64,000 bases of DNA from an uncultured cyanobacterium (lineage in GTDB: Bacteria; Cyanobacteriota; Cyanobacteriia; Cyanobacteriales; CAWCAG01), in NCBI GenBank assembly GCA_963803805.1, contig CAWDOD010000006.1, positions 64,001-128,000 of the forward strand, read 5' to 3'. The position numbers and the translations under genes were made by a program. Every line of letters starts with the position of its first letter. Position 1 is the stretch's first letter. Positions 30,243 to 40,026 of this stretch are shown piece by piece. The notes under the pieces were generated by a model, which searched no databases, was not told the DNA's origin, and worked only from the letters and a program-made list of their open reading frames with translations.

Positions 30243-31958
30243 CTAAAGCAAAAAAGTTGCCATATTGCCCTTCCCTTTAACCCGAATAATTCCCCTAGCT
30301 TCAAGGCGATACTTATTCTTCAACTGTTCGTAGGTAGCCTTAGAAAGATGAATACGTCCGGGGATGCCGTGGGACTCCATGCGACTGGCGGTGTTTACTG
30401 TATCTCCCCAGAGATCGTAAACAAACTTCTTCAAACCAATCACTCCAGCAACAACAGAACCAGTGTTAAGACCAATCCGTATGGCAAACTCTTGATCCTG
30501 TTCAAAATTAAACTTCTCAATTTCTGTTAACATCTCCAACGCCATTTCTGCTACTGCTTCTGCATGATCGGGGCGTTCTATGGGTAAGCCCCCAACTACC
30601 ATATAACAATCGCCAATAGTCTTAATTTTTTCTAAACCGTGCTTTTCTAATAAACGATCAAAGCGAGAAAAAATGTCATTGAGGAGACGAACTAATTTAG
30701 CAGGAGGCATTTGTTCAGAAAGAGTTGTAAAACCGACTATATCAGCAAACATTACCGTCACTTCAGCAAAATTATCGGCAATAGTCCCTTCTTTTTCTTT
30801 TAATCTTTCTGCGATAGGTTCAGGAAGAATATTAAGGAGTAAAGCCTCAGTTTTATCTCTTTCTACAGCTAGTTCTTTATTACTGGTTTCTAATTTTTGT
30901 ACCATACTATTAATGGTAGTAGCAAGGCTAGTTAATTCATCTTCACCAAGAGCTTTTACTCGCAAAGAAAGGTCGCCGGTACTACCAATTTTCTGAACAT
31001 CTTTACTTAAGTTAGCTAGGCGAGAGAGGACAAGCTTTTCTAACAAAAACAAACTTCCTGCTCCAAAAACCAAACTGACCAAAAGAAGAGAAATCATTAA
31101 GTAGCCAAAACTATTCAGACCTTGCTGATAAATTTCTCTTGGTAATTCAACTTGTAATAATATTTTCGGCTGACCCGAAATATCTGGTAGTAAAGCATAG
31201 CCAAAAATAGTTTTTTTGTTGAGAGGTTCTACTAAAATTGGCGCTTCTAAGATATTGCCAGAAAATTCTTCTTCTGTTGGTTTTAGTTGGGCGGCTACTT
31301 CTTTTAATTGCTTATTAATTTGAGGGCTATCTAATTTGTGTAAACTTAGGGATAGTTGAGTTTGTTGTTCTAGGGATTTGATTGTACTTTCATTTAAGTA
31401 CTGACCCATAATTAAGCTGCCGCGAATAGGACCTTTATTTTCACTAGTAACAATGGGGTGAGAAGCAATTAAAAGTAGACCTTCTTCGAGAACAATAATT
31501 CCTTTGCTAATGTCGTGAGTATCAACGTGTTGCAATAAGATACTATTAGCAGTAAGCTTGTTTCTCAAACTAGTAGGAATTCCTGTATACTGCTCTTGAG
31601 CAAGGTTGAAACCTTGACCATAAATCTGTTGAATATTCCTATTAAATAAAATTAAATAATTAATTTGTAAATTGGAGAAAGTTGTCTGGGTTAAGTTGCC
31701 TTGGACAAACCTTTCATTTCTATCCTCAATAAATTCATAGGTATCATTCCAAGCTGCCCAATCTTCTGTTAAGTTACCTAATTCTTGGGTCTTATCATAT
31801 AGTGCTTCTTTGACTCTTTGAACATTGCGACGGGTATTTTTCTCTTCTAGCCTTATGAAACTGTTTAGTAAAATAGTCGAAAGGCTAGCAGATAAAACAG
31901 CCATCAAGCTAATTAAGATAATGCTAGTAAGCAGTAGGGTTTTCTGACGAAGACTCAT
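30243..31958 (-). CDS. CHASE4-HAMP adenylate/guanylate cyclase
   Basis: TM-DWAAWNDTY (CHASE4)-TM-HAMP (DEL..LA)-class III cyclase. Confidence 0.92.
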   Translation of the reverse strand: MSLRQKTLLLTSIILISLMAVLSASLSTILLNSFIRLEEKNTRRNVQRVKEALYDKTQELGNLTEDWAAWNDTYEFIEDRNERFVQGNLTQTTFSNLQINYLILFNRNIQQIYGQGFNLAQEQYTGIPTSLRNKLTANSILLQHVDTHDISKGIIVLEEGLLLIASHPIVTSENKGPIRGSLIMGQYLNESTIKSLEQQTQLSLSLHKLDSPQINKQLKEVAAQLKPTEEEFSGNILEAPILVEPLNKKTIFGYALLPDISGQPKILLQVELPREIYQQGLNSFGYLMISLLLVSLVFGAGSLFLLEKLVLSRLANLSKDVQKIGSTGDLSLRVKALGEDELTSLATTINSMVQKLETSNKELAVERDKTEALLLNILPEPIAERLKEKEGTIADNFAEVTVMFADIVGFTTLSEQMPPAKLVRLLNDIFSRFDRLLEKHGLEKIKTIGDCYMVVGGLPIERPDHAEAVAEMALEMLTEIEKFNFEQDQEFAIRIGLNTGSVVAGVIGLKKFVYDLWGDTVNTASRMESHGIPGRIHLSKATYEQLKNKYRLEARGIIRVKGKGNMATFLL

Positions 31959-31967
31959 TAGAAAATC

Positions 31968-32005
31968 AAGTAATAAGTAATAAGTAATAAGTATTAAGTA
32001 ACAAG
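31968..32005. repeat. Heptamer tandem repeat (AAGTAAT) about 5 copies
   Basis: Read directly. Confidence 0.75.
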
Positions 32006-32042
32006 CTATATCACTTTATCACTTCAAAGGTATGTTTTACTT

Positions 32043-32936
32043 TTATATTGATATTACCCATTGCCTAATTAAACTATTAACTTGTTCTGGTACTTCATCG
32101 TGGGGGCAATGACCTGCTTGTAAATAATATTCGGTTAAATTAGGATAATATTGGCGGAATGTAGCACTTCTTTCTCGACAGTTCATCCAAGGATCTCCTT
32201 CTCCCCATAATATTAATAAAGGACATTGCAACTGTTGTAATAAAACGTCATTCTTTTCCCCTTCGGGAGTTTTAAATACAGAAGCAAAGACATCCACAGC
32301 ACCTTGATCTAAGGAAGGACGATAGATTTCTTCTACTAAACGATCTGTTACCGCACTTTTATCTAAATAAACCTTTTCTAGAGTTTTGCGAATAGTTGCA
32401 GGGCGTTGTACATATTTAAAAAGTAGATAATTAGCCCAAGGTTGTAGCAAAATAAAACGACTAAACTTGCTAATCAATTCACGGGCAAAGCTCGATTTAG
32501 CGGGAATTTTGCTATTAGTAAAAGAACCAGCACTATTGAGTAAAATTAACCCTTGAGCAGATTTAGGACATTGAGATGCGACACACAAAGCGGTATAACC
32601 GCCGATGGAATTTCCCACTAAAATAACTGGTTGACCAATAACTTCTTGAATAAAATCATTGAGTTGCTCTCGCCATAAATCTCCAGTGTAAGGAATATCA
32701 GGTTTAGCAGAACGTCCAAAACCTAAAAGATCGATTGCCCAGACTGCAAAATCTTCTTTAAGTTCAGTAATATTTTTGCGCCAATGGTCAGTAGAAGCAC
32801 CGAAACCATGAATCAATAATAAGGGAGGATAGTTGTTTTTTTGTTTTCCAGCTTTAACATAATAAATAGTATGACCTTGCCATTGCCAATAGTGACCAGG
32901 AATTGCGGGGCTTAAGTTACCTTGTTCTGTTTGCAT
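32043..32936 (-). CDS. Alpha/beta hydrolase
   Basis: HGFGAS, GNSIGG nucleophile elbow, GHCPHDE. Confidence 0.92.
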   Translation of the reverse strand: MQTEQGNLSPAIPGHYWQWQGHTIYYVKAGKQKNNYPPLLLIHGFGASTDHWRKNITELKEDFAVWAIDLLGFGRSAKPDIPYTGDLWREQLNDFIQEVIGQPVILVGNSIGGYTALCVASQCPKSAQGLILLNSAGSFTNSKIPAKSSFARELISKFSRFILLQPWANYLLFKYVQRPATIRKTLEKVYLDKSAVTDRLVEEIYRPSLDQGAVDVFASVFKTPEGEKNDVLLQQLQCPLLILWGEGDPWMNCRERSATFRQYYPNLTEYYLQAGHCPHDEVPEQVNSLIRQWVISI

Positions 32937-33064
32937 AATGATAGTTTTGTTAATTAAAGTTAATATTAAGTATTTTATCGCTATTCCTTGGTGAACTTTC
33001 CTCAATATTTTTCAAAATTAAGGTATAAGAAAGCAACGGTATTTATTTGCACCCTCTCCTCCCT

Positions 33065-36000
33065 ATGCGAACTACTAGACAAATTAAGGCGGAGATTGAA
33101 GCTCAACTGGGGCTTTTTCCTCCTTTCTTTGCTCCAGCCCTAGACAATCCAGAAATTTTGGCTAGTTTAAGGCAGCAAACTTTATCTGCTTATGTTGAGA
33201 ATCCTTTACCAGATTTGTTGAAGGAGAAATTTTGTACTTATTTGTCTCGTTATTGTTCTGTTTCTTCTTGTTTGATTTTCCACTGTAGTGTTCTTAATTC
33301 CTTGGGTATGTCTCCCCAAGAGATTCTCCAGTTTATCTTAGAACCTGCTCCCAGTAATTTAGCTACCTTACAAGCCAATTTGCTTCTACTCGAAAAATAT
33401 TCCCCTTCTCAACTCCCTGAAACTAATTCTGAGTGGGAAAGTAGCTTACTACGGGTAGGCATATTTATGTTTCTTTATCCTTACCAAGGTTCAGAATGTG
33501 CCAGTGCTTTGCGTCGCTCTTTAGGAGAAGAGAAGTATCTTCATTTGGTTAACCTTTTTGCTTTTATTAAACTTTGCCATCAATGGGCTAGCAACTATCC
33601 TGAATTAGCTTCAGAGATGAAAAACCATCCTCAAATTAGTTCAGCCCGCCGGCAATTGCTCCAAGAGGAGCCTCAATTAGGAGAGTTTTGGGAGAGTTAT
33701 CAACAAATAGTATTAGAAGAGTTATATCCTACTCAAAATAATACTGAATTAGAACAGCAACTACAACACAGAACAGCCAATCTTGCTGCTGCTAACCAAC
33801 TATTAAGAGAAGAAATTGAACATCGGTTTGATGCCGAAGCTTCCCTGAAAGAGAGTCAAAGAGTTTTAAGCACTCTGATGAGTAACCTTCCTGGTATGGC
33901 TTACCGTTGTCGTAATGATCAAGAATTGACTATGGAGTTTGTCAGTGATGGTTGTTTAGCACTAACAGGCTATCAACCAGAAGATTTTGTTGATCATAAA
34001 ATCAGGTCTTATCAACAAGTAATTCACCCTGAAGATAGAGACTCAATTCAGCGAGAAATACGAGGGGCGATCGCAAGCAAAAAACAATATCAACTTACCT
34101 ATCGCTTAATTACTTTTTCTGGGGAAGAAAAATGGGTTTGGGAACAAGGGCAAGGAGTCTTTACTTCTCAAGGTGAATTGATGAGAGTAGAAGGTTTAAT
34201 TACTGATATTACTGAACGCAAACGGGTAGAGGAAGAATTAAGAACTAATGAGAAAAAATATCGTACCTTAATAGAAATTATGAACGAAGGGCTATCTTTG
34301 AGCAATCAACAAGGAAAGCTCTATTTTGTTAACAGACGTTATTGTGAAATTCTTGGTTACTTTTCAGAAGAATTAATTGGCAAACAGGAAGAAGATTTAT
34401 TAGCTAACCCAGAAGATAGCAACCTCGTTAAGCAGAAAAGACAACAATCACAATTGGGCATCTCACAACAGTACGAAATCCAAGTTAAGCGCAAATCAGG
34501 AACCAAGTTGTGGTGGCTAGTTAGTCGAACCCCCACCAATGATGGCTCCATGGAAATCATCACCGACATTACCCAACGCAAACAAGCAGAAGAGGCCCTA
34601 CAAGAAAGCCAACAACGCCTACATAGTATTCTCGCTTCCTTAGAAGATGTGGTTTGGTCAGCTTCAGCCCAAACTTTCCAACTCCTTTACCTTAACCCTG
34701 CTGCTGAGGAAGTCTACGGTAGGCCTATTGCTGATTTAGTTAACAACGCCAATTTAGGTATAGAGATAGTTTACCAAGAAGATAGACAAGCCGTTAGAAC
34801 CGCTTTGCAATCTTTGCACCAACAAGGCAGCATGAACGTAGAATACAGAATTGTACGTCCCAATGGAGAAATACGTTGGCTTCGTGATCGCACTCATTTG
34901 ATTTATAGCAATGATGGTACTCCAGTGCGAATCGACGGTATCGCCACAGATATTACTGAACACAAGCAAACAGGGCAAGCTTTAAGGGAGGCAGAAGAAA
35001 AGTATCGTAGTATTTTTGAAAATGCTATTGAAGGGATTTTCCGTACCACTCCCGATGGTTTTTATCTTGATGTCAATCCTGCTTTTGCTCGGATGTTAGG
35101 CTATACTTCCCCTCAAGAACTAATGACAACAATTAAAAATATTGGCCGTCAACTTTATGTTAATCCTCAAAAACGAGAGGAATTTATCGCTTTGATGGCG
35201 AAAAATGATTCCATTACCAATTTTGAGTTTGAAGCCTATTGTCGAGATGGTAGTAAAATTTGGATCTCAGAAAATGTTCGCAACGTTAAGGATAGTGAGG
35301 GAAATCTCCTTTATTACGAAGGCACTTTTGAAGATATTACTAACCGCAAAGAGATAGAAGAACAGTTACTACGCAATGCTTTTTATGATCCCCTCACTGG
35401 TATTGCTAATCGTTCTTTATTCCTTGATAGACTACAAAGTAAGCTAATTCATTCTCAACGTAAGGCAGGTACAATCTTTGCTGTACTCTTTATTGATCTA
35501 GACCATTTTAAAGCTGTCAATGATAGTTTAGGGCATTTAGTGGGAGATCAGCTCTTAATCGGTATTAGTCAACGCCTAGAAGCCTGTATCGATAGTAAAG
35601 ATACCGTTGCTCGCTTAAGTGGAGATGAATTCGCCATTCTCTTAGACAAAATCTCTCAAGTAGAAGATGCTACTCAGGTGGCTGATCGTATTCAAAAACA
35701 GTTGAGTTTACCTTTTCATTTACAAGGAAACGAGGTTTTTGCTAGTGCCAGTATTGGTATTGCCCTCAGTCAAAATAGTGCAACAGGTAAGCCCTATAAA
35801 GAACCAAAAGATTTACTCAAAGACGCGGATCGGGCGATGTACCAAGCTAAACACTTAGGCAAAGCTCGTTACGAAATTTTTGATAATTCCATGGAAACAA
35901 ATCTCCTTAGTAGCTTAGAGTTAGAAACAGATTTGCGCAGAGCCATTGATAGGCAGGAGTTACAACTACATTATCAGCCGATTGTTTCTTTGAAATCAGG

Positions 36001-36694
36001 TAAAGTTACTAGCCTGGAAGTTTTAGTGCGCTGGCAACATAGTCAGAGGGGTTTAATTTATCCCCAGGATTTTCTTCCTCTAGCAGAAGATACAGGCTTA
36101 ATTATCAAGATTGATAATTGGGTATTATGGTCAGCTTGTCAACAAATGTATCTTTGGCAACGCCAGGGGTTATTAGATGAACAGGTAACTATTAGCGTTA
36201 ATGTAACAGGCAAACAATTTGCTCAAAAAAACTTTGTCGAAGAGATTGAGCAAGCCCTACAAAGTTCTGGCTTAAAAGCCCATAATTTATGTTTGGAAAT
36301 TACGGAAAGCTTGATTATGGAAAATTTAGAATCTATTACTGCCAAACTTTTTTTGCTACAAAAATTAGGGGTGCAATTATCCATTGATGATTTTGGGACT
36401 GGCTATTCTAGCCTCAGTCGATTGAAGATTTTTCCGATTAATGCTCTTAAAATTGACCGTTCTTTTATCTCTCAATTACAGATAAGCTTGGAAAACAAAG
36501 AAATTGTTAAAACCATTATTAATCTGGGCTTAAATTTAAGTATGAAGGTGATAGCTGAGGGTATAGAAACTGAAGCACAACAGCAGCAATTGAAAGCTTT
36601 AGGTTGCCATTTTGGCCAAGGTTACTTATACTCTCAACCGACCGATAGTGAAGGAATTGCTAATTGGCTACAAAAACAAGGGGCGAGGGTTTGA
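33065..36694 (+). CDS. Multi-PAS GGDEF-EAL c-di-GMP enzyme with N-terminal AhpD/CMD-like domain
   Basis: Four PAS/PAC units, SGDEF, EVL and DDFGTGYSS. Confidence 0.93.
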   Translation: MRTTRQIKAEIEAQLGLFPPFFAPALDNPEILASLRQQTLSAYVENPLPDLLKEKFCTYLSRYCSVSSCLIFHCSVLNSLGMSPQEILQFILEPAPSNLATLQANLLLLEKYSPSQLPETNSEWESSLLRVGIFMFLYPYQGSECASALRRSLGEEKYLHLVNLFAFIKLCHQWASNYPELASEMKNHPQISSARRQLLQEEPQLGEFWESYQQIVLEELYPTQNNTELEQQLQHRTANLAAANQLLREEIEHRFDAEASLKESQRVLSTLMSNLPGMAYRCRNDQELTMEFVSDGCLALTGYQPEDFVDHKIRSYQQVIHPEDRDSIQREIRGAIASKKQYQLTYRLITFSGEEKWVWEQGQGVFTSQGELMRVEGLITDITERKRVEEELRTNEKKYRTLIEIMNEGLSLSNQQGKLYFVNRRYCEILGYFSEELIGKQEEDLLANPEDSNLVKQKRQQSQLGISQQYEIQVKRKSGTKLWWLVSRTPTNDGSMEIITDITQRKQAEEALQESQQRLHSILASLEDVVWSASAQTFQLLYLNPAAEEVYGRPIADLVNNANLGIEIVYQEDRQAVRTALQSLHQQGSMNVEYRIVRPNGEIRWLRDRTHLIYSNDGTPVRIDGIATDITEHKQTGQALREAEEKYRSIFENAIEGIFRTTPDGFYLDVNPAFARMLGYTSPQELMTTIKNIGRQLYVNPQKREEFIALMAKNDSITNFEFEAYCRDGSKIWISENVRNVKDSEGNLLYYEGTFEDITNRKEIEEQLLRNAFYDPLTGIANRSLFLDRLQSKLIHSQRKAGTIFAVLFIDLDHFKAVNDSLGHLVGDQLLIGISQRLEACIDSKDTVARLSGDEFAILLDKISQVEDATQVADRIQKQLSLPFHLQGNEVFASASIGIALSQNSATGKPYKEPKDLLKDADRAMYQAKHLGKARYEIFDNSMETNLLSSLELETDLRRAIDRQELQLHYQPIVSLKSGKVTSLEVLVRWQHSQRGLIYPQDFLPLAEDTGLIIKIDNWVLWSACQQMYLWQRQGLLDEQVTISVNVTGKQFAQKNFVEEIEQALQSSGLKAHNLCLEITESLIMENLESITAKLFLLQKLGVQLSIDDFGTGYSSLSRLKIFPINALKIDRSFISQLQISLENKEIVKTIINLGLNLSMKVIAEGIETEAQQQQLKALGCHFGQGYLYSQPTDSEGIANWLQKQGARV

Positions 36695-36803
36695 TTTATC
36701 TTTTTTTGGCATACTAAAATATTAAGTAACATAAAAGTCAGAATCTTGACTTTTAGTCACCGAGTAATACAGTAACAAAAATAACTACTATAAGGAGAAA
36801 AAA

Positions 36804-37109
36804 GTGTCCACAGAAACTATTGAGAAGCCTTCTACAACAACGGTAGAAAAAAATTCCACAGTTCGCAAACCGGCCCCACGCTATAAAGTATTACTCCATA
36901 ACGATGATTTTAATAGTATGGAACACGTAGTACAAACTCTGATCACAACTGTCGGAGGCATGACTCAGCCCCAAGCCGTAGATATTATGATGGAAGCTCA
37001 TACTAATGGTATAGCTTTGGTCATTACTTGTGCTTTAGAGCCGGCTGAATTTTATTGCGAAACTCTCAAAAATAGTGGCTTAATAAGCACTATTGAACCG
37101 GATGAATAA
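36804..37109 (+). CDS. clpS: Clp protease adaptor ClpS
   Basis: YKVLLHNDDFNSMEHVV. Confidence 0.95.
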   Translation: MSTETIEKPSTTTVEKNSTVRKPAPRYKVLLHNDDFNSMEHVVQTLITTVGGMTQPQAVDIMMEAHTNGIALVITCALEPAEFYCETLKNSGLISTIEPDE

Positions 37110-37118
37110 GTGATTGCC

Positions 37119-37176
37119 TTAAAGGTTGCAAAGTTGGTTTTTCTACATCCCTAAAGAAAACAACTTTCAACCTTAA
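37119..37176. terminator. Long imperfect hairpin after clpS
   Basis: AAGGTTGCAAAGTTG...CAACTTTCAACCTT. Confidence 0.5.
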
Positions 37177-37285
37177 ATTGGCGAAAGAAGAAGCCGGAAG
37201 TAAGGAAAAGAGATACTAATTTTTTGTTGTAAAAAACAACTACAGCGATCAACTATTAGCAATTAGTAATTAGCAACTATCAATT

Positions 37286-38113
37286 TTGTCTTTCAAATTA
37301 AACACTATTACCACCTACCCAGCACCAGTTAGGCTCATTCTTTTTCTCTTAACTTTACTAGTAATTTGGCTTCCTCTAGTTATACCTATTTACTTTACTC
37401 TAAACAGCGACCCCAACTTACTTACCATCGTAACAATGGCACTCTTGTTTATAGAATTTATTTTCTTGTTACGTTGGTGGGGGAAAAGGGTTTACCAGCG
37501 ATCGCAAATAATTAAAAGCTATGGTTTAGAGTTTACTAGAAGCAGCAGCATTCGTTTCCTTAAGGGCTTAAGTTTGGGCTTACTTTTAACCCTTAGTTTA
37601 TTTATATTAGAAGGAATATTCGGTTGGCTTAGGTTTAGCAATCCTACAGTATTTTTGTTGCGTATAGTTGCTGAAGGATTTTTAAGTGCTTTGGGAGTTG
37701 CTATAGCTGAAGAATTGGTTTTTCGAGGTTGGCTTTTAGGAGAGTTAGAGCAAGATTATAGCCCCCAACTTTCTCTTTGGCTTAATAGCATTCTCTTTGC
37801 TATCTTGCACTTTATCAAACCAATTCCAGAGGTTATTAGGACTTTCCCTCAATTTCCAGCCTTAATTTTATTGGGTTTAATTTTAGTTTGGGCAAAGCGA
37901 TCCCAAAAGGGCAAGTTAGGTTTGTCTATAGGGATTCATTCAGGTTTAATTTGGGGTTACTACATTATTAATGTTGGGGAATTAATTACCTACACTAATC
38001 AAGTTTCTCCTTGGATTACTGGAGTAGATAAAAACCCTCTCGCTGGGGGAATGGGCCTACTATTTCTAAGCATTCTGGCTTGGTATATCAGGAATAAAAA
38101 AATTAGAGAATAG
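37286..38113 (+). CDS. CPBP family intramembrane metalloprotease (CAAX/Abi)
   Basis: EELVFRG, FAILH and GIHSG motifs. Confidence 0.9.
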   Translation: MSFKLNTITTYPAPVRLILFLLTLLVIWLPLVIPIYFTLNSDPNLLTIVTMALLFIEFIFLLRWWGKRVYQRSQIIKSYGLEFTRSSSIRFLKGLSLGLLLTLSLFILEGIFGWLRFSNPTVFLLRIVAEGFLSALGVAIAEELVFRGWLLGELEQDYSPQLSLWLNSILFAILHFIKPIPEVIRTFPQFPALILLGLILVWAKRSQKGKLGLSIGIHSGLIWGYYIINVGELITYTNQVSPWITGVDKNPLAGGMGLLFLSILAWYIRNKKIRE

Positions 38114-38186
38114 TACTATTCTCTAATTAAGGCAGGTGGGAGATGCCCAGCTTTATTAAATATTCTGTTTCTGCAATTCCTACTTT

Positions 38187-38594
38187 CTAAGATTGGGGAG
38201 GTAGAGAATCTGTAGTTGTTTGACTTGTACCACCAAGATTTAACTGAGGATTTTTTTCGGCGAAATAAGTAAGAATGAAAGTATTAACAAAAGAAAGAAT
38301 AACTGGCCCAAGAACAATCCCTAAGATACCATGAACGGCAAAGCCTGGTACAAACAAAGAAGCTAGCCAAAAACAGATACCATTAACTACTAATGTGAAC
38401 GCACCAAAGCTAACAAAATTAAGGGGAAGGGATAGAGTTGATAATACTGGTTTAACTACAGCGTTAACTGCGCCCAAAGAAGCGGCGGCAATTAATGCTG
38501 CTGCGAAAGTCGCTATATTAACCCCTGGGACTGCCAAATCTACTACTAGTAAACTTAGGGCTGTAGCTAATAAAGTTAGAAAAGCTGCTAACAT
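38187..38594 (-). CDS. Phage holin family (YvlD-like, 4 TMS) membrane protein
   Basis: GAVNAVVKPVL..LSLPL...GAFTLVVN. Confidence 0.85.
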   Translation of the reverse strand: MLAAFLTLLATALSLLVVDLAVPGVNIATFAAALIAAASLGAVNAVVKPVLSTLSLPLNFVSFGAFTLVVNGICFWLASLFVPGFAVHGILGIVLGPVILSFVNTFILTYFAEKNPQLNLGGTSQTTTDSLPPQS

Positions 38595-38885
38595 ATAATT
38601 TTTCCTCAATGAATATTTTTTTATAGGTTACAAACGTAAACAGATAGATTTAAGCTTAACTATCATGCTTTTCGTTGTTTTTTCTATTTATCTTCAATTT
38701 TAATAGCTAAAAAAACAACCTACCTCTCCAAGAAGAAAGATTTTTTTCCTTATTAATCTACTTCTTTCGTGAAATATACCTTTAAGTTTTAAGTTGATAA
38801 AATATTTCTCTAGAAAGAAGTCAATTAAGGTAGTTTAGAAGACAATAAAAGGTAAATGAAAGTTAGGATGAAATAAAATAATCTT

Positions 38886-39083
38886 ATGCCACTAATACTA
38901 CGAATTGTTTTAGGTATTCTTTTACCCCCTTTAGGTGTTTTCCTAACCACAGGAGTTAGTACACCTCTATTTATAAATATCTTATTAACTATACTTGGTT
39001 GGCTTCCCGGTTCTATCCACGCTGTCTGGGTTATTGTTAAGCAGGAAGAAAAAATGGCTCAAGATCCAAAGCCATATACATAA
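38886..39083 (+). CDS. YqaE/Pmp3 family membrane protein
   Basis: LLPPLGVF...INILLTILGWLPGSIHA. Confidence 0.92.
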   Translation: MPLILRIVLGILLPPLGVFLTTGVSTPLFINILLTILGWLPGSIHAVWVIVKQEEKMAQDPKPYT

Positions 39084-39096
39084 CCAAAACAGATAC

Positions 39097-39132
39097 TTGA
39101 TATCCTCCCCGCTCTGAAGAGACGGGGATTCC
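39097..39132 (+). mobile_element. Orphan IS200/IS605-like end hairpin
   Basis: TTGAT followed by ATCCTCCCCGCTCTGAAGAGACGGGGATTCC; no tnpA/tnpB nearby. Confidence 0.55.
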
Positions 39133-39177
39133 TAATCTACCCAAACAACAACAGTTGAACAGGTTTGTAGAGAAAAG

Positions 39178-39207
39178 AAGGACAATCTTGAGAAGATTGT
39201 CCTTTTT
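39178..39207. terminator. Hairpin between convergent genes
   Basis: AAGGACAATCTT-GAG-AAGATTGTCCTT followed by T-run. Confidence 0.7.
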
Positions 39208-39223
39208 AAATTAGGTTGAAAAA

Positions 39224-39997
39224 CTACTTCTTCATCTGATCAGTTTCTGTTTCGGTAACTGAGCGCCAAAGTTCCTTTAAAATAATTTTAAGACGACGCT
39301 CCTTTTGTGCCAAAGCTGTACCTGCTTCTGCTAACTTACTTTCAAACTCGACACTTTTATCTTTCACTTTACCAGTGACTTCTTCAGCTTTAGGCTTGGC
39401 CTTTTCGTACCAACCTTTAGCTTCATCCAAATATTTTTTAACATCCTCATAACGTTCTCCATACCTAGCTGATAAATTAGCCTGTACAATCGCTAACTGA
39501 GCCTTGAGTTGAGCATAACGCTTCTGCATCAAAGCTACTTCTTCAGTATCTTTAACGCTATCAACAGCAAATTCTACAGCAGATTTAACCCCAGAAAGGT
39601 TGTCCTTTCCTGTCTCTTCTACCTCTGCTAAAGCACCATCAATTTCTGATTGCAACTCTTTTTCTTCAGCATCAACTTTTGCTTGTAGTTGTTCAATTTC
39701 TACTTGAGTTTTAGTAATAATTTCTCTTCTTTTGCTACTAACTCCTTCAATTGCCCCTTCTAAAGAAGCTGTGACATCTTCTTTAAGATCTTCTCCTTTG
39801 TCCTGTACATTTTCAATTACTGTAGCTACGGCATCTTTAACAAGAATACGAATCTCGCTTGCCCCTTCTTTAAGTTCAGAAGCAGCTTGAGAAACAGCCA
39901 TTTTGACAATTTCTCGAATACGTTCTGTTCTTAAAGTTCCTTCTTCTTTCGCTTGTTTCAAATCCTTAGTGATTTGGTCTTTAACAGAATTTGACAT
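39224..39997 (-). CDS. Hypothetical coiled-coil protein
   Basis: Highly charged helical ORF, no catalytic motifs. Confidence 0.75.
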   Translation of the reverse strand: MSNSVKDQITKDLKQAKEEGTLRTERIREIVKMAVSQAASELKEGASEIRILVKDAVATVIENVQDKGEDLKEDVTASLEGAIEGVSSKRREIITKTQVEIEQLQAKVDAEEKELQSEIDGALAEVEETGKDNLSGVKSAVEFAVDSVKDTEEVALMQKRYAQLKAQLAIVQANLSARYGERYEDVKKYLDEAKGWYEKAKPKAEEVTGKVKDKSVEFESKLAEAGTALAQKERRLKIILKELWRSVTETETDQMKK

Positions 39998-40026
39998 GAT
40001 TATTTCCTATGTAAAAATTTTAACTT

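Noticed and set aside
37178-37215. Glutamine (glnA) riboswitch-like CGGAAGTAAGG
   Set aside because: The downstream stem and GAAGGAACG half are missing, and the gene context is unrelated
38187-38594. Prophage suggested by the holin-family gene
   Set aside because: No integrase, structural or lysis genes nearby; the family is common in chromosomes
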